Positions 1 to 11,500 of a stretch of 64,000 nucleotides of DNA are shown here, one piece after another. Source of the stretch: Geosiphon pyriformis uo1 (taxonomy: Eukaryota > Fungi > Glomeromycota). Each line of letters opens with the position of its first letter. Position 1 is the stretch's first letter. The notes under the pieces are model-generated. The model did not search any database. It was not told where the DNA came from and saw only the letters and a list, made by a program, of their open reading frames with translations. The stretch lies in the NCBI GenBank assembly GCA_016748015.1, contig JAAOMT010000468.1, positions 790,619-854,618 on the forward strand, given 5' to 3'. The position numbers were made by a program, and so were the translations under genes.

Positions 1-2937
1 CAGGTTATCGGTTTCCCAGGTAAGTTCTTCCTTTTGTTTCCCTTTTTCCTTATTGTTGTCATCCCAGGAGAGTATTGGTGGCAGCTCGTTGTGCTCTTCA
101 TCAGTCCATGATACTTGGTAGGCTTCCCAGGTAGGCTTTTTTTTCTCCTCCTCTAGCTCGATCAATAGTTTCTCTCTTGGAGGAGTTTTGAAGTGGCCAC
201 ACGTGGCCGGAACACGTATGTATTGGTCTTGATACGTTAGCTGGAGTTCCTGGGTGTTCCAGTCTAATGTTGCGTTGGCTTTGGATAGCCAGTCATTACC
301 AACAAGAGCTTGGTATTGAGTGGCTTCCATTACTAGAACTTTAATGGGAGTCATGATGCTATTGACTTCAAAAGGGAAATCGTCAATTTCACTGATTGGA
401 GTTTTGGTCGTTCCATCAGCTGTGATAATTCTGGCACTGACAGCTTGATCAACTCGGCAGTCTAATTGATCCATGAGTTGTCTAGTAATTATGCTGCCAG
501 CTGATCCACTATCTAGGATGAGTTTGATGGGGTAACTATCAACTCTGGCATCCATGTACATTGCTGTTATGGGTTTCTTTTCGAGAGCAGCTCCACTGAA
601 TAATGGTATTGTTGTGTTTTCTTCGAGTTCGAAAGAAAAGATGGCTGCTAAGAATTCGTTACTAGAGATGGTTGCTAGTGAAATGGTGTTGGTAAGTACA
701 TGCTGATTGGGTTCTGTGTTGTTGGAGATGGTGTTTTCTGGGGTAACTAGGAGACTTAAATAATGTTGAGAATTTGGGTTTTGGATGTGACTGGTATCCA
801 AATTCCAGATGCGTGATCCTGATGGTGAGTTTAGTGAACTGAGGATCGGTTGGTAAACAACCATCGCCAATCTCCAGTTTTAAGTGACTCTGGATTGAGG
901 GTTACCTGATGTTATTTGAGCTGAGTTCTGGATTGGTGTTTGAATTGGTTGGAATTGATAGATAATTTGTGGCTGTAGTTGATATATTACTTGTGGCTGC
1001 AGCTAATAAATCAAAGGTTGATATACTGGTGGTTGATAGATTGGTTGCTGCGTCATGGGCAGGTAATTATTTCAATATTGGTCTTGACTCTGATTTGGAT
1101 AATTATTTGGAGTTTGGAACCAGCAATCAGAGTTTCGATATTGATTTCCCGATCGTTGGTTATTTAGACACTGGCAACAGTCAATTTGAATATGTCTTTG
1201 TTTACCACAATAGTGGCAGATACGCGTTTCCTGTTGCCACTGTTGATTGGTTGATGAAGATAGGCATGGTTGATTTTGGACACAATTAGAGTTTCCTTGA
1301 TTATTGCATCATTGTGAAGGCTGATAAATGGTGTGATTGTCAGCTAAGTATCCTTCCAATCTCTTATTAATTGATTCACTAAACTTTTCTAATTTGGAAT
1401 CCAATTCAGATGATCTATTCATTAGATTAACGGCTTGAGCATGGTTAGCCTCTGACTCAGCGGATTTAAAATTTCTGGTGCATGTGACTACATCTTGAAG
1501 TGTGCCAGGATGCAACAGACGTACATGTTACAAGATGCTGCTGCACAGGCCATGAATAAATTGATTGAGTATCTGTGGGGCCATAAAATAGTTGGCGTCA
1601 ATTGCTTGGATTTGGCATAGGTTTTGATGGAAGCATCCCAGGTAGGTGGTGACTGCTTCAGTTTCTCCTTGTTTTATGATGGTAAATGTATTGACTAGGT
1701 AATTAATACTGTTATTGTTGCTAAAGTATATTAGGAATTCTGCTTTGAAGGCATTAAAATCTTGTGGTTTATTAATCAAGTTCTGGTATCATGAATTGGC
1801 AATATTCTTGAGAAAGTAGGGAATGGCTTGCATTGCTTAAGCGTCATTCCATCCATTGGCTGCGATGGCTTTTTCTATATCATTCAGCCATATTTGAGCA
1901 TTATCCTCTTTGCCAGTAAAGTTGTCGAGTTTTGCGATTGGTGCATAGGCTATTGGATCTAAGTTAGGTGGTTGTGGTGGCTGTTGAAGCAGTTGTTGTT
2001 GTCCTGGCTGTTGGGGTGGTAGCTGAGATGGCTGCTGTATGGGTTCAGCTATGGGATTAATCAGCAGTTGATTGATGATGATTACCGAAGGTAAGTTTTG
2101 CTGATTAATTAATTCGGGCCCTTGATTTCTTTGATTTGGCGGCATTCGAATATTCGGAGTTTCGATTTCCGGATTTTCTAACTGTTGCTAAGTTTGAAGG
2201 TTTGGGATTTTAACTTCTGGGTTTTCAGTGATCAGGTGCTAGTAAGTGAATTCTTGATCCTCTGATTCTTCTTTCTTTTTTTCTGATTCCACTGCTTCCC
2301 ATGGATCAGAGATTCCAAAATCTGGTGAAGGCAGTGGTGATCAAAGTCCTGATGGGGTTGATAATCACGAATTAAATCCCTCAAAGTACTTGCCATATGG
2401 TCCTAACAATTCTGTTTTCCTTTGTCTACTTTGGAATGGGAATCGTCCAAATGCTGATGTCGCAGTTGATGTGAATGTGTCTGTTGATGATATGTTGATG
2501 GCACTTCCAGGTGTATAGTGGTAGGATGGGTTGCTTGGGGATTTAACTCTGTTTTTCTTCCAAGCAGGTGGCTGTATTTTTCTGGATGTTACTGCTGGTG
2601 TTTGTAATTTTCCCTTGCCTTTACTAGTGTATGTAATTGAATATCTTTGTTGAGTGTGATGTTCAATTTCTTTGTTGATCTCAGTAATGATGGATGCGAA
2701 ATTATGGTTTGTTGGCAGGTTGGTATTTTGAATTAGTTTCCTATAGAAAGTTTCCCTTGCTGATTCAGTATTCACTGGTGTTCCTAATAAAAAAAAAATC
2801 TTTTCATTGACGTAGAAATTGAAGGCTGATTCAGCGGATATATGATTGTGGTTTAATCCCAAGTATTGACAATAGTGTTGAAATAAGGATTTTGTGAATC
2901 CTAAATGGTTTGCTTCTATAGTTTCTGATTCTGCCAC
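1..2937 (-). pseudogene. gag-pol: gag-protease region of Gypsy A copy 1, broken by stops
   Basis: Retrotransposon capsid-like segment (AKLDNFTGKEDNAQIWLNDIEKAIAANGW), degenerate CCHC knuckle near 1170-1220, aspartic protease motif LILDSGSAGS at ~493-522. Confidence 0.9.
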
Positions 2938-2980
2938 TTTTGGTTTGGTGTTGTCGGTGCTGGTTCTCTGCAGGATTATA

Positions 2981-2997
2981 CTTCACAGAAAGCACCA
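2981..2997 (-). promoter_or_regulatory. primer binding site of Gypsy A copy 1
   Basis: - strand TGGTGCTTTCTGTGAAG, 2 nt from the LTR; a transition-mutated version of the PBS at 14767-14783. Confidence 0.85.
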
Positions 2998-2999
2998 AA

Positions 3000-3888
3000 T
3001 GTTACAGGTAATTATTTCTGCTGTTAAATTAAATAACAAACCCATAACTTGGTGCTCAAAAGCTATAATTGGTGTTGATAATGTGCTGAAGGTGTTGTAT
3101 CTGAAGGTTTTAATGGATCTGAAAGTTTTGGTTGAGTCCTTTGTATAATAAACAGAGATTCAATAGTGTTGATAATAGATGTATCTTTCCAAAAGTTTTC
3201 CCAATTTCTTTCTCAGCATGGTGGCCGGATTTAGTCTGGCAGTTGTGCTCTTCTGGTAAGCTATCCGATAATATATAAAATTCTATCCTTATTTCTGGGT
3301 CTTTTACCAGGCTATTCTTGACGTCAATAATTCAGCACTTAATTTTTTTAATCAATTAGTATACAACAACAAATCAAAATAAAATAAAGAAAAAGAAATA
3401 AAAGAAAAATAAAGAAAGAAAAGAAATAAGCCAAGGCGATTTGCAGATTAGTATCCCATCAATAGTCATGATCAAGAGCTATTGTTCCAGTGTGGTTAAG
3501 TATCAATTACTATCAACATAAAGTGTTGATAGTGGAGAGTGGGTTGAGATATGGAATAATTATTTATTTGATGATTGTGTTTTTAGGCTAAGGATTTTGT
3601 GGTATCAATTCTGTCTTTTCTGTTTCTAACACTACTGCTATATATACATAATTGAGATTCCTCAATTCCTTGATTCTTCACGACAGGAATCCTAGAATTC
3701 CTGGAATCCTGCAATTCCTTTGAAAGGAATCCTGAAATTCTGGAATCTTGCAATTCCTTGTCGGGAATCCTGAAATTCCTGGAATCTTGCAATTCCTGAG
3801 AGGAATCCTGGAATTCCACATTTACTATGCTTACTTCTGATTGGCTAATAATTATACTAATATATTTCCTATATTTCTATGAGTAACA
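3000..3888 (-). repeat. 5' LTR of Gypsy A copy 1 (889 bp)
   Basis: TGTTAC...GTAACA termini; closely similar to 5492-6378 and 14786-15673. Confidence 0.95.
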
Positions 3889-5491
3889 ATGTTTAAAATT
3901 CTCCAAAGAGCATATTTTTTAAAAAAAAATTGTTTTTCTTGAAATAAATAATTTTTTTGTTGTGAACTTGAAAGTTATTTTAAGTAGTAGCATATTTAAA
4001 AAAAAGGTGCTTAAAAAATTTTTTTAGAATTCTGTTAATGATTTTTTTTTTAAAAGAAAAAAATTATTCTTAGTAATATTAAAAACTTTAATAATAAGAA
4101 AAATATTTCTTTGATCAAGTTTTAATTTTAGTAATAATGTGTATTCAAATATAAACAATAAGTTTAGTAATAGTAAAAGCAGTGGTATTTTGGCTGGTGT
4201 TAATAATAAGTTTTTTCTGAATTTGGTTGCTGCTATTTTTAAAGCTAAAAGAGTAAATATTAATATAGATTGTGACTTTTCCTTTGGTTTTTTTTAATTT
4301 TGAAATAAAAAAAAATATTGAAATTTTTCTATTTTTTCTCAATATTTTCTTAAACAAAAAATAAATAAACTTCAAAATTATTAAAACTTAAGTAAAAATA
4401 ACTGTTAAAATTTTTTTTATTAAACATTAATTTTTTAATAGTAAAAAACAAATTAACAATAGCAAAAACATAATTAATCAGAAAATTATTCTTATTAATT
4501 AATGGTTTTAAGAGAATTACTATTTCTTTAAAATTTAAAAATATAATTAAATTAACATTTATATTAGAAAAAAGCATAAAAAAGCTGTTTTATTGGCTAA
4601 AAAAAGAGGCATTAAAATAAACAATAATCTAAAAAGCAAAAATTTCGTTCAGATTAGACTGTAGTTGTTAAAAAAATTTCTATGAATACACAGAAGAAAA
4701 TAAGTATTACAGTTTTTTCTAAGTTTGGTCAAGTAGTATTAATCCAATTACAACTTATTAGATTATAATAGAAAATTATAATAGAGTTTACTAAATTAAG
4801 TTAAGCCAATCTGTTAATATTAAGATAGTTATTCTTAATTAAGAAAAATTTGGTACATGTAACCAAAGCTGTAAATAATTATAATGTTTGAATGTTAAAA
4901 GATTAATTTAGAACACTTCTGTTTACTTTGTCTATAAAAACAATTACTTATAATTTAGATGTTTTATTAAAAAAAACTAGTAAGAAAATGTGTATAATTA
5001 ATTAGTTATTTAAAACTGGCAATAAATTTTGTTGTACTGTAGTTGGTTTTAAATTAGAAAAAAATCTAAAATCTGTTTTTTACATAAAGCCAATTTTTAA
5101 TGAAATAAAATATTTATAAATTAGATTGAAGAAAAAATTTTACAAACTCTTTGTCTCTTTAATTTTATGACCATGACTAGAGCAAAGAATAAAAAAGCTG
5201 TACTTGATATCTGTCCTAAGATATCTAATAAAATTTCAACCAAAAAAGCTTTCTCTGTTATAAAAGCAACTAGACAGAACGTTTTAGAAGTTTTTCCTTT
5301 ACCCAGTAATCATAATAAGCTGCTTTTGATAACTACTGAAGCATTTTCCTCATCTTTGGCTGGTTTCTCACCAGTCAAAGTTCCTTCAAAGAGACACATT
5401 TGGGTTAATCCCAGTGTTGCCTCTACCCCTATTAAGAGCCCAAAAGTGTTTAATAATAAACCAATTAACAAGGTGGTTTTTCCTTCCATGG

Positions 5492-6378
5492 TGTTACAGG
5501 TGAAATTTTGCTGCTTCTGAATTAAATAACAAATCTGTAACTTGGTGCTCAATTGATATAATCTGGTTGGTAATATCTGAAGGTGTTGTATCTGATGGGT
5601 TTTTATGAATCTAAAGATTTTGGTTGAGTCCTTTGTATAATGAACAGAGATTCAATAGTGTCGATAGTAGATGTATCTTTCCAAGAGTTTTCCCAATTTC
5701 TTTTTCAGTGTGGTGGCTGGATTTAGTCTGGCAGTTATGCCCTTCTGGTAAGCTATCTAATAATATATAAAATCCTACTCTTATTTCTGGGTCTTTTACC
5801 AGGCTATCCTTGACGTCAATAACTCAGTGCTTAATCTTTAATCAATTAGTATACAACAACAAATCAAAATAAAATAAAGAAAAGGAATAAAAGAAAATAA
5901 AGAAAGCAAAGAAATAAGCCAAGGCAATTTGCAGATTAGTATCCTGTCAATAGCCGTGATCAAGAGCTATTGTTCCAGTGTGGTTAAGTATCAATTACTA
6001 TTAACATGAAGAGTTGATAGTAAAGAAAAGATTGAGATATGAAATAATTATTTATTTTGATGATTGTGTTTCTAGGCTAAGGATTCGGTGGTATCGATTC
6101 TGTCTTTTTTGTTTCTAATACTACTGCTATATATACATAATTGGGATTCCTCAATTTCTCAATTCCTCACAACAGGAATCCTGGAATTCCTGAAATCCTG
6201 TGATTCTTTTGAGAGGAATCCTAGAATTCTGGAATCTTGCAATTCCTCATTAGGAAATCCTGAAATTCCTGGAATCCTGCAATTCCTAAAAGAAATCCTG
6301 GAATTTCACATTTACTACACTTACTTCTGATTGGCTAATAATTATGCTAATATATTTTCTATATTTCTATGAGTAACA
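5492..6378 (-). repeat. 3' LTR of Gypsy A copy 2
   Basis: Direct repeat of 14786-15673; adjacent PPT. Confidence 0.96.
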
Positions 6379-6393
6379 TTATTTTCTCCTTTT
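6379..6393 (-). promoter_or_regulatory. polypurine tract of Gypsy A copy 2
   Basis: - strand AAAAGGAGAAAATAA immediately before the TGTTAC start of the 3' LTR. Confidence 0.85.
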
Positions 6394-7051
6394 AATATTG
6401 AGCTCTGTCAAAATCTAACTCATGTAATTCTCTCTCTTGAAGTATTTCCTGGATTTTGTTTTCGAGAATTACTTGTGTTATTTGGGTCTGTAATTCTTCA
6501 AATTGAGCATTGGTGATTTTTTCCAATTGATTACTGGTAACCATATCTATTGCTCTGTTGAGCAATATTTCTGGTTTATCCTGAAATACTGTGTGTATTT
6601 AGTATATGGCTTGGGCTTGTGTGGATAAGTTGTTCTTTCCCACAAAATATTCTAATTGTTGTAGTATTTTTTTGTCAAATAATTGTTTTGTTTTATCCGT
6701 ATATAGATTCTGGATATTTACGTGTTGTCCCAAGTGAAAATAACAATAGTTTTGTGGAAATTGTTGTATCCACCAATTCCAGGTTTCTTTAGTCAACTCT
6801 TGATATAAGGACTCTTTTGTCAATTCTTTTACTGCTAATTTTACTTTCGTCATTATTTTGTCCACAGTATTTTCAGTTTTCTTCTGTGTTCTGAGTTGAA
6901 ATGTTTTTCTAGTATCTTGATATCGAATGGTTTGTTGATTGATTGTAATCTCCATTTCCTGGTGTTGAATTAATTGAAAAAGTTGTTGTACTAGTGAGTG
7001 AATGTTGTCTGTAATTTCCATTTTTCTGATATTTCCTGTCACGTCTATCAT
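6392..7051 (-). pseudogene. Gypsy A ORF3 (~220 codons, unknown function, env position)
   Basis: ORF 6599-7051 continues in frame past one stop to ..ELHELDFDRAQY* at 6392. Confidence 0.7.
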
Positions 7052-7075
7052 GTCTTTATATATTCTTTTGATGGA

Positions 7076-8458
7076 TCAATTTAATGTGTTGTTATCAATA
7101 ATAATGATTGGTTCCAGATCTCATGGAATCTCATCTGGTTGGACTAGTATTCTCTGTACTCCTAATTGTGGAATATTACTGGTAGATGGTAGTGTTATGT
7201 TGTGATATGATTTCAGTCAATTTCCATGTGCTGCTTTGGTTAAAATTTTGTTCTCTAATCTTAATTTGTAAGCTCCATTTCCTAGAATTTCTTCTATGTG
7301 AAATGGTCCATCCCATTTGGGGTCAAATTTTCCACTCCATTGTTTTTCTGCTTTGGTACAATGTAGTAATACTTTGTTTCCGATTTTGAATTCAACTGGT
7401 TTGTCTGGTAGTTGACTATTGTGTCTTTCTTTCTGTGTTTCTTGTGACTTTTGGATATTATCAGCTGCTCTTCTTTGTTTGTTTTCTAATGTTTCCATTA
7501 AGTCATATGTTCTTCTCAGCAATGTTTCTTGAAAATTTTTTTCTGTTATTGGTTCAGCTGGATATGTATTAATTTCTCTCTCTACTAGTAACATTGCTAT
7601 TCTCCCATATACTAATTCAAATGGTGTTGCTTGTGTAGTATCCTGTTTTGTTGTCCAATAAGCAAATAGTACTGATGGTATGAACAAATCCCAATCATTC
7701 TGGTTTTCTTGGCTGAACTTGGCTATTGCTTCACACAATGTTCTGTTGAATCTTTCTACTAATCCATTGGTTTGTGGATGGTATGGTGATGATAATGGTT
7801 TCTTAATTCCGAATCTTTGGCTCAATTCTGTTAATGTTCTGTTCACAAAATGAGTTCCTTGGTCTGATAATAATTCTTTTGGACATCCATGTCGACAAAT
7901 CAAATTCTGGAGAACAAATTTGGCAATGAATTCTGCATCCGCTCTTTGAATTGCTTTTGCCTCTGGCTATTTAGTGAGATAGTCCATAGCTACTGCTATG
8001 TATCTGTTTCCTCTGCTGGTGATTGTTAATGGTCTAACTAAATTAATTCTCATATAGTCAAATGGTTGTCTCACTTTGATTGGTCTTAATGGTTTACTGG
8101 GTTTTGTTCTTCCTCTTTGCTGACAAGCATCACAATTTTGAACATATTGAATGATGTCTGGGTACATTGATGGCCAATAGTATCTTTTTCTAGTTCTTTC
8201 CATGGTTGCTTCTTTGTGAAAATGTCCTGCTGTTGGATTTGAGTGCATTTTGAATAATATTGTCTTTTTTTCTGGCTCTGTAATTACTCTGGTTGGTTGA
8301 TCTGAATCTTTTCTATTTTTCTGATAAAGTATATTTTGGTAAGTAATAAAATATTTTGATTGTTGTTTAATACTCCTTTGTTCCATATGAGATAAATTCT
8401 CCTTGAACTGTTGAGTGTTTAGATAATATTGCAATTGTTGATATTTTTGTATGTTCAT
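7076..8458 (-). pseudogene. Integrase of Gypsy A (own ATG at 8458)
   Basis: H2C2 zinc domain (MHSNPTAGH..CDAC), core (SDQGTHF; PYHPQTNGLVERFN), GPF motif (PKWDGPFHI..GAYKL); three internal stops. Confidence 0.93.
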
Positions 8459-8521
8459 CTTTTGTTGTATTTTTCTGTTGCTACTGTTCTGGTTTTTTTA
8501 TATTTTTGGATTAAAATGTTC

Positions 8522-11500
8522 TTAGATTTGTCTTATCTACGATAAACCGTCAGCATTTCCGTTGTCTTTTCCCTTTTTGTAATGTATAGTATAATTGTAT
8601 GGTGTAAGTGCCATTTTTCATCTTGACTGTCTTCCATTTCCAAATTCTTGTTTTTGGAGTGATGTTAATCCCTTGTGATCTGTATATACTTCAAATTTTT
8701 GGCTCAAGTATTCTTTCTATTTCATGACAGCCCAGTATATTGCTAAGTGTTCTTGTTCCAGTGTTCTATAGTTCTTTTCGGCTGGTGTTAAACCTCTGCT
8801 GACATATGCTATTGGATGTTCTTTGCCATTCGGTTCTCTCTGAGATAATACTGCTTCCAATGCTTGGCTGAATGCATCAGTGGTCATGATGAATGGTTTG
8901 CTGTAATCTGAATAGATCAGTACTGGAGCTTGGATAAGCCTTTTTCTCAGAATATCAAAAGCTTCTTGTTGACTTTCTGTCCATTCATATTTTGCATTTT
9001 TGTTTTGCAGTTGATTGAGTGGCTGCGCTATTTTGGAAAAGTTCTTGATAAAACGACGATAGTAGCTGGCGAATTCCAAAAATAATTTCAGTTCTGTTAT
9101 ATTAGTCAGCACTAGAAAGTTCTTTACTATCTTTATTTTCTTTGGATCTGTTTTGATGCTGTCTTTGCTGACTATGTGTCCCAAAAATTTGAGTTCTGTT
9201 TTGCCAAAGAAGCACTTTGTCACATTTAACTTTAGTTCTACTCTTCTTAGTCTTTCGAACATTTGTTGAAGATGATGAAGATGATCATCAAACATCTTTG
9301 AGAATACATTGGTGTTGTCTAAGTATACAACTACTAATTTCCACAATAAGCCCATATAAACAATTTCCATTAGCCATTGGAAAGTTGCTGGGACATTGGT
9401 TAAGCCGAATGGCATTACTTTAAATTCAAAATTCCCTTCTTTAGTAGTAAATGCTGTCTTCTTTTTGTCAGCTGAATTCATGGCTACTTGCCAGTAACCA
9501 CTGTCCAAATCTAATATAGAGAACCATTTGTTCTCACTGAAAGCATCGAATAATTCCTGTATTCGTGGAGTTGGATAATTGTCTCCCCGAGTTACACTAT
9601 TGAGTTTCCTGTAGTCTACACAAAACCAGATTTTTCCATTTTTCTTATGGATAAGTACCACTGGTGATGACCATGAACTCATTGATGATTGAATTAGCCT
9701 GTTGTCAAGCATTCTGTTTATCTCTTAACGAATAATCTCGTGGCTGGCTGGTGACACTCTGTATGCTCTTTGTTTGATTGGCATTGCATCTCCAGTCTTG
9801 ATCTAATGCTGGATGATGTCAGTTTGGCCAAACTCATTTTCGCTGGCAAAAATGTCATTGAAATTGTTGAGTAATATCTTGAGCTGCATACATTGGAGTG
9901 GATTTAAGTTTCCCATGTTCATTTGTTCCAATTGTTCTGGTTGGAGCAAATAACATTTGTCTTGTCCATAGATTGTTTGTGATGTAATGTCAACATATCC
10001 ACAAAGTTGTGGAAAGTCTGGAATGGGTTTTGTAGTTGGTCTTCTATTTCTGTGGTTAAATATCCGATGGTAGTTCCTTCTAGTATGTTGATGACATTGT
10101 CAGTGTTGTTGTAGATGGGAATTTTTATGCTGCTATAGCTTTTGGCTGGTATGTGAAGATTGATCAATCCAATCTCTCCTGATTCCCAAAAGGTTGCTTC
10201 CACTTCAAACATCTGTTCTTGCTCTTTTTCCTTCCTTTCTATTGCTAACATGTACTGGCTATATGGTGGAATGGAAATAGCTTGACCAGTTGAGATAATT
10301 TCTCCTTGGCCAACAATCTCTTCCTCTGCCATATTAACTGGTAAATCTATTCTACCTGTGGATCCGAATCTCTGTATTCCTCTTGCTGTTATTTCTAATT
10401 CCTTCCTCTTTCCCACTAACACTAACTAAGCTATTCTAACCAGAGGCAGGAATATTGCCTGTGCTATCTTTTCATTGGACTCTATTATATAGGCCTTTTC
10501 TGAGTCATTTTGTAGCATGGTGATGATATTTCCTACATATTCCATGTCAATTATTCTTCTTCTTATATTGATCTCTCTTTTTGCTAAACTACTCCTAGAT
10601 GCTAATTGGACCATTGTTGTTGCCGGAATCTCTAGTGCTATTTTCAGATCAATGCAGGTGCATAAATGCGGTTCCAATTTGATGACATCTTTTCCTGGAT
10701 ATCTCAGATCAAACCCTGCATCTGTATCATGTGCATGTTCTGGCATAATACCTTTCCCATTGTCACTATACCATTTCAACTCTTGTTCTTTGGAGAGATC
10801 TGGTAGTGCAATGTATTGTTTATAGTTTAAATCGGGTTTTGAATTTGAGTCTGAATCATTTTCATCGTCATTGCCATTTTGAACAGAGCTGGAACCAGTG
10901 TTTTCATCATCATTGTCAGAGTCTGGATCACGATTGATTAGCAATTCTGATTCCAATGCACAGCTGCTAATTGGTTCTTTTTTTTCAGGGATCAAATAGA
11001 TCATGCGTGGTGGTGGATTGTAAATGAGGTCACAATCGTCACAATATTCAAAGTCACTGGGAATTAAACAATGGCGACACAGTTTTGTATTTAACTGTGC
11101 TAGCCATTGTTCTTGCTCTTCTCTAGTGGGTGCCAAGTTTTGGTAGTGTTCATGGAACTCTTCTGGTTCCAGAAAATTTATGACTGGCTCTGTGTCCCAG
11201 TCAAGCTCAATGGGTTCTGATGGGTTGTTTTTAATTGTCCAGATTTCTTCTGGCGACACGCCTTTGATTTTGGCGGTTGTCATTCTCCAAATTTTGTCAT
11301 CATCATGTGGACAACTGTCTAATCGTCATACTGCTCTTTGCCAAGCAGCTTCAATTGGTGTCTCTTTTTTAACCCAGTCACTGATCAGAATCGTGTATTG
11401 ACACTCTACATCATATGTTCCTCCACATTCAGGAATGTCATGCCACATTCTTTTATCCAATAAAGTCTCTCCACAAGCTAAGCATGGCTGATTGTCCCAT

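Larger units (their letters stand above)
1..3888 (-). mobile_element. Ty3/Gypsy LTR retrotransposon, family A, copy 1 (5' LTR, PBS, gag, protease; continues beyond window start)
   Basis: Collinear with the complete family A element at 5492-15673; LTR at 3000-3888; gag and protease motifs on the - strand. Confidence 0.95.

Noticed and set aside
3000-6378. LTRs at 3000-3888 and 5492-6378 as one small non-autonomous LTR element
   Set aside because: No TSD and no PBS or PPT between them. The interior is LINE sequence, and each LTR belongs to a different Gypsy copy.
7076-7220. Chromodomain at the integrase C-terminus
   Set aside because: Neither integrase tail shows chromodomain motifs; both end in a short P-(I/V)-(I/V)-I motif.
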